From NCBI GenBank assembly GCA_905178155.1, contig CAJINV010000005.1:6373207-6437206 (forward strand): a DNA stretch of 64,000 nt. Reading direction: 5' to 3'. The notes below the pieces were generated by a model. It was given only the letters and a program-made list of their open reading frames with translations, was not told the origin of the DNA and searched no databases. The stretch is from Amoebophrya sp. A120. Its lineage: Eukaryota > Protista > Dinoflagellata. Shown here piece by piece: positions 50,063 to 62,300 of this stretch. The first letter of the stretch is position 1, and the number at the start of each line of letters is the position of its first letter. Made by a program: the position numbers and the translations under genes.

Positions 50063-50216
50063 CGGACCGAACGCCAAACCTACAGTTTTATCGTGACTAA
50101 ACATGATACCGACAAGACCTTCTACAGTAAACCGTTAGGACCGAACGAACGAAAAACCTACAGTTGATTGATCGACTAAACATACCGAAAAGACGAACTT
50201 CTTCTACAGTAAACCG
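50063..50216. repeat. Imperfect tandem duplication, two ~75-bp copies
   Basis: GGACCGAACG..AAACCTACAGTT..GACTAAACAT..ACCGA..CTTCTACAGTAAACCG twice. Confidence 0.75.
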
Positions 50217-50834
50217 ACATTGGACGGCGCCTCGGGAAAGTAAGAGGTCTTCGGCGAAGGCCGAGCCTCGGAAGTGGACGATGAAACAGCGCGGGGGAAC
50301 AAGTTAAAGTTTCCATTGAGATGTAGTTGTTGTTCAACATGTTTGTTATATCCTCAAAAAGAAAAAGCGCGCAGAACAGGTTCATGCCGTACTTAATATC
50401 ACGGTTGGTTCCTGAAGCGAACAGTGCTGAGCTCGAACTCTGAGAGATGAGAGGTAAAGGCTGTAAAAACTTTCTTATGCAAAAATCTCTGACACCGAAC
50501 TGTCTTCCGTTAATTATTTGTTTCTGCGCTTGTGACGCAGTCGTGGTGGTTTTCACGACTGCCAACAACATCTAGAGAGAACTACGCGAACGCGATGTGT
50601 TGTGCGAAAGTTTTATTCCAACATTTGTCTTCATGCTCGGCTGCATATACAAGACTTTTTAAACGAGCTGAAGCTTTTGTGTCCTCAACATCGAGATCGA
50701 GTAACCATAAGTAGTACTGGCTGAAATACAATCAAATGACTGCTACGTACAAAACTCCCTGTCCGATACAGCAGCTCATCTCCATCTCCAAACTGGGAGA
50801 AAGAACGGCATGCAGCGTAAGTACCCACGTCGAC

Positions 50835-52358
50835 CTAGTGGTGTACATCTGCGTCTTCCGTGCTGAAAATGTTATCGCCGTGTTCTTTCGCCAAATCCGC
50901 AAGAGACGGTGGACGGAGCAAGTCCTCCTTGTGCTCATTTGCCAGTCGCCATTGCCTTGCTGCTTCCAGCTCTAGTGTCACGGCTTGGTCATACTCTTCC
51001 TTTTTGCGCTGCTCTTCTGCTTGCGCCTCTTCGATTCTCGTCTCGAGGGCTTGAAGAGTGCTTGGGTCGCCTCCCAACGCACCACCTGCGTCTTGTTGGC
51101 GTGCATACTTTGCGGTTTTGGCATGCTCGTACTCGTCTTTCTTCACCTGCTCAAAATTCCGGGCACGATTCAAATCCTCGAGCGCTTCTGCTATCCTTTC
51201 GTCCGCCTCTGCCAGCCGCTCCTCCAGCGTCAGACCCGACGTCGACGAATCTTCGCTCGCAACGCTGGCAACAGACGGAACAAATGGCGCTGACGCGCTA
51301 CTTGAAAGGCCTGATGGAGTAGAGGACGAAACGCTTGACAGTCCCGCTGCAGTAGTGCTGCTTCCTCCATCCGATCTACTCGAAGATGTAGTTGGAACGC
51401 TTGATGCTACTGCAGCTGCATCTAGGCTACCACCTACCGGAACTACAAGCGCAGAACTTGCAGCTCCGGGCGGCGCAGAAGACGTCGAATGGAGTCCCGC
51501 GACGTCGGGTGGGCGGGAAAGGGAATGAACTGGAGACGTCAACATCCCCGCGCCGGCTGGTGGCACTGCCCCCATACGTCCTTGCGGCTGTTGTGGCACT
51601 GATCTCGGCATCAAAGGTGGTCCTTGCTGCTGCGGGCCTTGAGATCCACTCGCAACAGCGTGCGGCGTCGTCACAACAGCGGATGGTACAGCCACGCGAG
51701 GTTTTGGTGCTCCTGCGCCGGATGGTGTAGTTCCAGTACTAGTTGCTCCACAGCCCACGCATTTCTCGACTTCTACAGTGCTTGTTGGGCGGAGAACAGC
51801 AGCCGGGGCTCCCTCGTAGTCTATCACGACATATCACAGGAAAAAAGTGCTGTTACAGTTACACATTGTCTTGCAGGAGCCGCAAGACAGACAACCTTTG
51901 TCATGCAAGAAGTGCTTACGAACTTCATTCTGTAAGTGTAGTTTTCCCTAGGGATATCCGCACTGCAAGTTTTCTCTGCCACACAGAGAAAATTTGTGTT
52001 GCTGGACTTACAAGAAATGTGTAACTGTAACACTTTTTTCTTGTGATACGACGCCAGGAAGGACTTCTACTACGTCTTCCTCGACGACCTGCTGCGCAAC
52101 TGGCGCGGCGCTTTCTGTGAAAGACGTAGCTCCTGTGCTAGCAGAATTTGTACTGTATTGCCGCCGCGTCGTGGAGAACCCCGCCGGCATCCACAGATCC
52201 TCCAAGGCCGGAGCAGCCTCGCGGCCATTCGCAAACTTTTTATCGTCCTCCTCGTCATAGGAACCGAAAGGACTAGTAGTGGTTCCCGCGTCTACCTGGG
52301 CGTGATCTACCCCGGAGGAGGTGGGAGACGATGCTGTTATATTTTTTCGTACTAGCAT
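50835..52358 (-). CDS. Hypothetical protein with S/P-rich linker and C-terminal coiled coil; one introner
   Basis: LPGV|VIDYE joins ORFs 52008-52370 and 50835-51827; shares PFGxYDxxDDKxFAxG..AP.(L/I).DLW.PAGFSTT and CxGC with the neighbouring gene. Confidence 0.78.
51832..52048. mobile_element. Introner family D
   Basis: TSD CGACA/CGACG; frame restored. Confidence 0.92.
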
Positions 52359-53394
52359 TTTGTTAGACAATTTTGCACGACAGATCGGAGCTTGAGCTTA
52401 TACACACACACGCATGTTGACAAATGCCTGGCACATCGAGTAGATCTGGTTTATACATGTCGGCACTGAGCAAGTTTGTCGGAACAAAAAGTAAGACGAT
52501 GAATCGATAGTCTACTGTGAAATCAAAAAAAAACCTTTAAAACTCGCCGCAGCTTTTTTCTCCCCGGAGTTATTGTCGTGGTCCTTATTTGGGCCTACAC
52601 TCGGACTGCGCACTGCCTCAGTCACGTCAACATCGAAAGAGATGCCCAGAAGCCGAAGCAGCCTCACAAAAACCAGGCTCATTTGGATTCGCATCTGCTT
52701 CCTCTGCCGCGAGACAGACATTTTTGTAGAAGTGAAAAATCTGAATCAGGCTAGTTAGTACAACTTAATAAATAATAGGGACGTACAACCTATTGGAAGG
52801 GAAGCTGAAGAGGGAAAAATTTCACTGTTCTGTTTTATTTCGTCGCCGAAAAATTCTATACACAGTTGTTGTTTTGTAAAATACGCATTAGTACGGGACT
52901 TTTATGTACAAAATCGTGAATAAATGGACGAGCACAGGGTTGTTCTGTGTCTATCGCACGATAGGTTTCCACGATAAATTAGTCCTTCGACGTACGAAAA
53001 CATTAAAGAGAACGAGGAATGCACGACGAAACAAAACGACACTGCCCAAACTTGAGGTACACCAGGTAGCCGTGTGGCGCACGAAAAAATAATGACCAAA
53101 AATTGTCATCGTATTTACGCAACGAAACGCTACACACACACAGCGAGCAACTGATAAGATCCACGATTTCACGACGACGACACACCATCCTCGCGCCCGC
53201 CAACAACAGAGGCAGTCAAGTATCATCTAAAGCGCATCAAGAACAGCACTATTGCACATTTTCATTTTTGCACCGGCACAAGAAACGCGATCGGCGTAGT
53301 GTGAAAGTGTTCTTTATTTCATTCGCACTGGCTTCTTCAATACTCAGATCGGCTCTAGTACTTAGCCAGCCTTTCGACTAACAACTTGTTTCTA

Positions 53395-56300
53395 TCAACT
53401 TCTGGTCATTCTAGTTTTTTGCGAAAAAAACGCTCCATCTTGAAAGAAGAATGAGACGAAGGAGGTGGCGCCAGCTTTCCTCTCCGTAATCACCCTCGCG
53501 TCTGAAGATGAGGCCGCAGCAGTCGAAGTCGCAGGCCGAATTATAAACTCGCTCTGCTCTACTTCTTTGTTCCCGCAGACTTTATTGCCACCGCTTCCTC
53601 CCGCGTGTTGTAAATAGTTCTTCTTATTGGCATTGTAGTTAGACCGACTGTGCGCCTTGCTCTTTTCCAAAGCCGCGAGTAACCGCTTCGGCACGGGTAA
53701 AAGGTCGTCGCTTTTGCTAGTATTGTTTGCGGCCTTGGCTTTTCTATTTTCTCGACCAAAATTCACTAGACCCGGAGCTGCATCTCCAAAACGTGGTCCT
53801 CGGGGCGGCGGAGGAAGTGGTTTTCCTATGGTGCTGTCCGTGTGGTCCTCTCCTGGAGGTCTTTCTTGCCCGCTGTTTTTACACTGTGATTGTTCCGCTT
53901 CCGGCTCTTGTACCGCACTACTTCTCGTCATCTCTCTCTTCCTCGAACCAACGTCAAACGCGTCAATCAAGCTCCACACCGTTTTGATCTTCGAGTTGTC
54001 CACTTTCACCAACACAGCGTCCTGCAACCGGTTTTTGAAGTGATTCGGTTGGTACTGGGAGTGGTTTCTTTCAACGTGTGTAGTCGAGGACGAGGAAGAG
54101 GATGTTGTTGATTCACCTGATTTAGAAGCGGATCCAGTCGACGACCTACTTGCGGAAGCAGAGCTGACAGTGGCCGAGGAAAGCGCTCCACCTACTTTTG
54201 AAGACGAGGAGCTGGCTGAATGGTTTTTTGTCGTCTCGAGGAGGGCAAGAGTGGTGGTGGTGTTGCTTTTTTCATACGTGGCGTCGTCCCTGTTATCGGC
54301 ACCCTCTCCATTTCGACTTTCTCTGAAGTAGCCGCTGCCAGAATCTTCATTTTCTACCGGAGCTGCGTGGGTGCCGTCGTCGTGCTCTTCTTCATCTTCT
54401 TGCGATCTCCGCATGACAAAGAACGGGTACTTCCATTGGGGGTCGAAGTCGGCGAAGTTGGTATTTTTCACCACCTCCTTCACAAATTTTCTCACCTTCT
54501 TGTTCGTGTCTCCTGCTCCTTGATCAGGATCCCCCGCGGCAGTTCCGCTTGACAATGCGACGTGGTCGTCCTCGGGAGACACAGCGATTTTCGTACTGCC
54601 TTTGCTCATCATGTCGTGCCGCGTTCGAAGACCATGCTCGTGAAGATCCTCGGCTTGTTCTCCACCCTGGCTCTGGACTGTCGCCGCCAAAATCTGCCGA
54701 AACAACGTTTCTGCTCCTTCACGACGAAGTAGCTCCGTAGCAGTTGCAGCCTGAGACATATGCTCATCGTCCGCAAGATGGGCGTCTTCGCCTTTCATAT
54801 TTTCGGGGAGACCACAAAGGTAATCGAAATTTACCGTGGCTAAATCAAGGAGCTTCGTAGTATTCGCAGCAGCGGTCGAGGTGTTTCTATTTCGATTTCC
54901 GTCGACTGTTGTCTGCAATATTAAATTCCGGTTCACAATCTGCGGTATCCGCCTTGCCAGTCCTTCCGCAGCTGCAGTAACGGTGGATAATGTTTGTTCC
55001 GGCGCTGCTGCCTTCCTCGCTTCCTCGTCCACCAGACTCCAGCTTGCAGACTCGTCGTGGTCCTGCTTCGAAAAGTAAGTGCGGGCCCCAACATCTTCTC
55101 GTCCTCCTGCTTCACGATCTTCTTTTGTGACAGCAACTTCTTCTACCGACGAGCTGCCGGAAGAAGAACTCATCTCCTCCCCGACCTGCCTCCTGCCACG
55201 ACAATAATTTTCCACAATGTCCGCAACGATCTCCTTCACCACGCCCGCAATCATCTTCCGCTTGTGCCGGCGCTGCGGCGTCCGGAAGGGAAATCTGGAC
55301 AAGGGCGAGCGGGGACGCTGCCGGTCTTCCGCTTCCTGCTTCGTAAAGGGCATGATGGGGTCGACAAACTTGTAGAGCGTCTTCTCCCTGTCACTCTGCG
55401 CTCGAGCTGCATTTGGGAAAGTAGACCCGCCTGTTCGAAGATGCAACGGTGGTCCTGGCATCATTTGGGCGCCAACATCAACTCCTCCTTCCTTCGCCTT
55501 GACTTGCAGTTTACTCGGTTTATTCTTCGAAGACGATTTCTTCAGTCTGATTTCAAACGCCGGAATCGGCGGCCGCGTTTGCACCGAATCCAAATCCAAG
55601 GATTGCAGCAGCTCACTCGCTTCTGTCGAGTTTTTCTGGTTCTTATCAAATGCAAATATGTGTCGGTCTGGAAATATGTGAAATTTGTCATGCTAATCTG
55701 ACATGTTGGCCCTGCGCTCTGTATTGCGTGGCAACGAACAGCTTCCCCTGTCCGTCATGCAAGAACGCTGTTTCTCATGTAAAATACACAACGCAGAGCC
55801 AGGAAAAAATCTGTCATGCTTGGCGGTGCATCACAGCATGCTCATATCATTCACTCACATGCATTACAAGTTTCCACCCCCAGACATATTTGCAATGCAT
55901 AGTTCTTCTGTGCGAACAAAAAGCGGTCCACCTCGTTCTCCGCTAGGGTTGCGTCGCAGGTATGACAGTGCACAACTCCCCCTCCCCCTCATTTGTCATG
56001 CAAAATCCCAAACCCAGTTGCAGCCTTGTAGCACTGTTGGCATGACAAATGCTGCAAGCCGAAACAGTACTTCGGTCGGCGCATAAATTTGTCATGCACA
56101 GGCTCCAGGAGTGCTGGCTTTTGTATTGCTGTTCATGCCATACAAATGAGGGAGAGGGGGTGTTGTGCACTGTCGTAGCAGGACTCGGACTTTTCAAAGT
56201 CGAAGGGCTTGAAGTGGTAGTCCAGGGGTAAATGAGGTTTTTTGTTCATAGTGAAAGTGTTTCTGTTTGATGTTCTGGGAGATGAGAAAATGACCGCAGA

Positions 56301-59300
56301 TGAACAAGAAGAAGTGTTGCTGCTATCGAAGTCGAGCGACAGAGTGCGAGGCGTGTGGAGGTCAGATTCGACTTGCTGTTCACTGTCTTTGTCATGCGGT
56401 GATGAAAAAGGGGATTTTGTCATGCCAGACCTCCTTACCGATTCCACCGACTCCGAATCGTCCTCGTCTTCCTCGGTGGTTGACCCGGGTAAAATCCAAT
56501 CCATCGTGTGTCGTCCTTCGAAAAAAAGGCTGTTTTTGCGGTTGTTTGTTGTTGTTCCTCCTGCAACTCCTCCTACTGCGCCACGAATAATTCTACTTGG
56601 CGGCTGCAGGCCTTCCAAAGGCAGTTGTACCGCGCCGATTTTTCGAAATACTTCACCGAGAACTTGTTCGCCGCTGGCATTGCTGCTCGAGCTGCTGAAG
56701 AGGTCGTCGGAAGTGGAGGAGAAGTCCTCAAGATCTTCTACCAGTGTTTGAGGTCGTGCTGGACCAGCGGTGATCCCCGGTACTGATGTGTCCTGCGGCT
56801 GATGATTGTGTTCTTCTTCTTCATCTCTCGCTCTCCTATCCAGTTTCGCATCACAAATCAGTTTTTCCAGCAATTCTTCGTCGAAATTCGCAACCCGTTT
56901 AAGCAGAAACTTTGCCAGTTCCGGGTGAAGTTTTTCCGGACGGAGGGGCTGTTCCTTTCGCTGCTGATCTTCTCTGGTCGAACCAGAATTATGCTGAGAA
57001 TCAGGTCCACCTGCGCCCTGACCTGTTGAGTCGGCATCTTCGTGGTCCAGAGCGACACTATCACCGACGTTTTTGCAATCCCCGAACGGAACAATCTGCA
57101 GATTTGTGAAGTCTAAATTTTCGAGATCAGAAGTTCCTCTGCCGCCCCTTTGGTCTGAAGTCAAAGTGATTCCCGATGACAGGTTCTTCGCGTTTTTTTC
57201 ACTAAACAGATATTTCTCCACAACAGTCCGATACACCTGATGCACAACCGCGTCAATCAGCTTCGCCTTTTCCTTCACATTTACCAGCAAAACCTCAACG
57301 ATTTTCATCACCGCCTGCTTCCGCGTTTCGGGGGACATTTCCGCTTCTTTCACGTGCTGTTGGATATTAAACTGCTTGTCTTGCAAAACAGTCCTTGTAA
57401 CCTTCTGCACGATCTGTCTCGCGTGCCTCCGATCCGTGTTGTACCGTTTCAACAACTTGATTAAGTGCTGTCCGAAGGGAGAAGTAGGGGTTTGATGTCG
57501 TGAAGCTGCTGTGCTTGTTTGGGTCGTTGGCAGTTGATGAAAACCACGACGACCTTGGTCCTCTTCTGTAGATGAGACCGCGTAGTTCCTCTCTTCTGGT
57601 TCGTGCAAAATCTCGGACACCACAAAAACCTTCTCCTTCGCGGCACCGTTCGGGTAGAAAATTTGTTTTTCTGCAATACGGAACGGGAGACGTGTCGTTT
57701 TAATATTTCTCGTGCCACCAGTGCTCTTCCTGGTGCAGCTGCTGTCGAAGGGAGTAGAAGTAGTACTTCTTGCTCCTGCATTTGTTCCACCAACCAGAAC
57801 CGGATACTCGTACAGCGGAGGAGTTGCCGGTCGCGGAATGTCTTTCTGGATCTTGTTCACCGTTTCCGCCACCTTGACTAAAGCGGTGGTTTGCAGGAGC
57901 TCTGTGGACGAGGACCCAGTAGTACCACCACGAAAAGGCACGACCGCGAGAATCGGGTTTTGGTTCCGCAGAGCAATGGCTTCCTCCTCTGCAGTCGCGA
58001 TTGTGCCCGTGCTGATCGTGCTTGCGGTGTCTTGGTGGTGGTCTGGGTAGTTGTGTGCTCTTTTGTTTTTCCTGGAGGACGAAGACGAACTGGAGGTGGA
58101 AGATGAGGAGAGTAAAAACGCTTCGTCAAAGTGCTTGATCTTTTCCTGCAGTTCCAAACGCCTGTAATGGTCATCGACAGAGCCAAAATTTGTTTTCAAG
58201 GAGAAATTTGTCGATGACGAGGTGGGAGAGGACGCAGCAGAACTAGTATCGTTCCCACCACCTTGAAGTCCCCGGCCTAGAAACAAAGATCCCGATCCGA
58301 AACTCGCTTTTTCAGCATCATCTTCGTGGAGGCGGACTTGTTGGTCAGCCGTAAAAAAGCCTCCTCCTTGTTGGCAGCTCCCACCTGTTTCTGCCGGCGA
58401 GGGGGCTGCGGAACCGGAGAAAGAACTCGCTTTCGACGAAGAAGAAGAGGAGCATTTACTGCTCGACTGCACTTCCAGCATGTGATCCCCCTCGTCGAAG
58501 ACTTTGTACGCGTGTTTCCTCTCCAATTCAAACTCCAGAAACTTCTCCGTCGGTTTCCGGGTGAAATCGTTCTCGGGCTTATGCTTTTCCGCATCCACTT
58601 CAAACCAGTCTCGGTTTTTCTTTGCATTCATCAATCGAAATTCCTTGTCCGTTTCCAACCTTTTCTGCTTTTCCCGGTATTTCTTTACCCAGATTTTCAG
58701 CTTCTCGTGCGCGTTTTCCTCTTTCTGCTTCTTCTGCTTTTCTAAAAGGAGCGGGGATTTTGTCGTGTTTTGCCTTTGAATCAGCCTTGCTTTTTCGTTG
58801 ACATTTTTCTCCTGCCGTGCCAGCATCGCGGTTAAGGTTGGACCCTGCAGGAGATGTTCAGTGCCAGTGGGGGAGGGAGGAGGGGAGAGTAGACCAGCCG
58901 ATGTTGTACTGACGAGGACTTTGTCAGGCTTTGCATCCTGTTCCTGCGAAACTTCTGTTGCAGACGAAGAAGAGGAGTGTTCTTTGTCATGCTGATCTAC
59001 TTGGGCGGTCGCACCATCAAAAGCAGCGTCCTCCGCTTCTTTTCTCTTCTCCTTCACCATAGCCAGCACCGTGTTGAAAAACGCCGTTCCGGATTTTATT
59101 GTGAGGAAAAATCCCCCCTCCCCATATTGAAAAGGTATGCTTCCAAAGCTTTGCGTTGCTGATTTGAGGTCACAAATCACATTTGTCTTGCAAGAAGACA
59201 AGGGTAGAAGCTTCCGCCCCATTATGGAGGCGCTTTGTCATGCTGTTGGGCCTAAAGGGGAGCCGTTTGCCATGCTGAACAACTAGACCCATACGCTCGT

Positions 59301-62300
59301 AGCTACCCTTGGTATCTGGCCGCAGTGCCTTCCTGCAATACAAAGCTGATTTGCGTACACAAATCCAGCATCAGAAGTTCCGTTTTGATATGGGGAGGGA
59401 GGTTTTTTCCTTTTGATAGATTTTTTCAAAGATTTCCAACCACGTCGTTTGCCTTCGCTCTTCATCAAGTCGTCCGTGTCGTGCTTCTCTTGGTCGTGTT
59501 GTGGTTTCGCACGAGCAGCAGCTCCAGACGTTGTAACACCTTCGTCAATTATGTCGATGACGTGATGCTCTTTCCCACCGTCCTCCGCCCCGCCCGCGTC
59601 CTCCACATCTTCTAGATCCACTACCTGTCTCCTCCGTCTCGCGAGAATCTCGCTCTGATGCGGCAACGGCTCGAACACGTCACGGAAATTAACTGTTGCA
59701 TCCTCGTGAACATCCGCATTTCCAGCTATCGCAGAAGCCTTATCACCACGGCCTCCTCGATCAAGATCCAAAACCTCTTCCACCATTCCCTTTTCCACAA
59801 CCCTTTCCCCGCAATACTTCTTTTCCGCCACCCTCTTCCGCATGCCCTCCAATTCCCGAAACGCAAGCCACTCAACGAACGGGAGATCTTCTTGTCTCAG
59901 CGTGTTTTGCCGGTAGTTTTCCTTCAACCGGTGGAGCAGCAAATCCTTTTTCGTGTTCGAGCCGGAAATGAAGGGGTCTTTTCCACCTTCTTTTTCGGAA
60001 GCTGTATTCATCCGAAAAACTTTTTCCAAACTCGGCTTCATCACATCCTGATACAAAAACTTCTCCCCGTTGTCGTCAAAGAGTCGCGGGATCTCCCCGT
60101 CGTGAATCGCCAGGGTTCTCGGGTCGCAGTTGGCAAGCCGGATGCGGTCTGGGGAAAGCGAAAGACTTCTTCTAGCACGATGACCGTCCTCGTGTTGTCC
60201 TTTTCTCACGGAAACAACCACAGAACAACGAGTCGTGGGGTATTGCGGCGGGATTAGCAAGGTTTCGATGTCTGCCCGACGTAACTTCCACTGCTTCACG
60301 GTACTGACGGGAATCGCAAATTCGTCGTCCTCTTCGTCTTGTTGTTGTTTTCCCGCAGCTCCTGCTTCTCCGCTGTGCACCATCCCGTGCTTCAATGGGA
60401 AAACTGGTTTGTCGAATTCCGACTCTTCAGCAGCAGCGGTTGTCTTGTTCAACCCGTAAATCGGATGTCGGTACTGTTTTTCAAACTGCTTATTGACTTC
60501 TCTCTGCGCTAGCTCCGCTACTCGATTTGCTTCTTGCTCCAGGTAGTCGTGGTCTTTTTTGTCATGCAAACGCTGCGTAATTCCAGCTGACGGTTGTCCG
60601 TCTTCATCCTCACCCTCAACACCCCCCTCTCCCGCCGATGTTCTAGTTGGAAAGTGCTTGAAATACCCCCGGTCAACGAAGTGAAAGCCCGTCCCGGTTT
60701 GAATATGCACTGCAAAAGTGTCTGGGTTTGGAAGAATGTCATGCTTGTCTCACATGACAGCTGAATCTGCAATGCGTGAGCAGGAAGCGAGCCTCTTGCC
60801 TGTCATGCAAAAGCGCAGTTTGCCATGCGGAAAGCGAAACACAAAGGAGCCCAGAAACTTGTCATGCGTGGCTGCGTATTGCAGTACGCGGCCCATCATT
60901 GGCAAGCTAGCATCACAAGTTATTTCCAGACAAAGACATATTTGCATTTGATATTGAAAGTTCTTCGACAAATTCAATTGCTGTTTCCTCATCCGGTTCC
61001 TTTCCAGTTCCTCTTTCTGAAACTGAATCTCTTCCGGGTTTAGAATGGTATCCCGCCGGAGTTTTCGCTTTAGCAAGTAAGAAGCGGAAACGGGGCGGTG
61101 GGTTATTGATGCTCCTGTAGACGCAGTAGTTGTACTGGCATTGTTTCTTCTCAAATCCAGTTTCTTATCGTCCAAATTGAACAAATCCTGTTGCTTCGCC
61201 TTTTCCTCCAAAATTTTTTCGATTATCAAATGCAAAAATGTCTGGGTCTGGTGGAAGATTGTCATGCTAGTCTGGCATGACTCTGCACTCTGTATTGCGC
61301 GGCCACCAAGAGGTCCTCTTGCCGGACATGCAAAACCGCAGTTTCTCATGCGAAATACGCATCACAGAAGCACGAAAAAACTTGTCATGCTTGGTGGCGC
61401 GCATTCCAGAGCACTTATTGTTCACGGACTTGCATCACAAGTTGCCAGACCCAGACATATTTGCAATGCATATCCGTCACATACTTCGTAAATCGGTTAA
61501 AATGCGGATTCAAACTATTCGGCGGAGCGGAAATCGGTCGGGTACGCTGGAACTGTGGTGCGGAGGAACCGCGAGAAGTCAGCACGTTGTTCGGCAGCAG
61601 AGAAGCTTCCTGCAACGGTGGTGGATCGTCGCCATTTACTCGCTGTTCGTCCGTCCCGTCAAGATCAAAATCCGGGGTTGACAAAGAAGAAGCACCATTC
61701 CTTTCCTTTTTATCAATCGCCACAATCCTTTTCTCGAACGCCAATTTCTCCTCTTTAATCTTCTGTGCTTTCAACATTTCCGCCAAATTCCCCGCTTTGA
61801 TTTCCTCCAGTTGTTTCTTGTTCTCGGCTGATTCTGTGAAATCCAAATACTCGAATTCCTCGCAGTCATTTATCCCTTGCTTCGATACCTTCAAAACCGC
61901 ATTTTCTACCTTCGTCGCTTGCGGTTTCTCCTTTACAAAATCGCCCCGGGCTAACTTGATGAATTTACTCATGTTCAACTTGTACCTTCGTAGAGAAAAT
62001 TGTGAGCTCTCCCTTGCTTTTCGCTTCTCTTCTTCCGCTAAAGATTGTGCTTCTCGAATCGTCTCTTGGATTCTCCGCTGTTCCAGTTCTTGGTCAAACT
62101 GGGGGCCTCGGCCGATCACCAAATCGGACGAAGAGGAGGAGGAGACAACATCATCGGCGGTGTTTTCCTCATGCTCCCTCCATCCTCTGTTCTCATACAG
62201 TTCCGGAGACAGAAACTCCATTTTCCCGATCATTTTCTCGACCCGCTTCCCAGCCGCTTCCATCTTCCGCTGCAAGTCCGTGTCGATCTGCGTTAAGACT

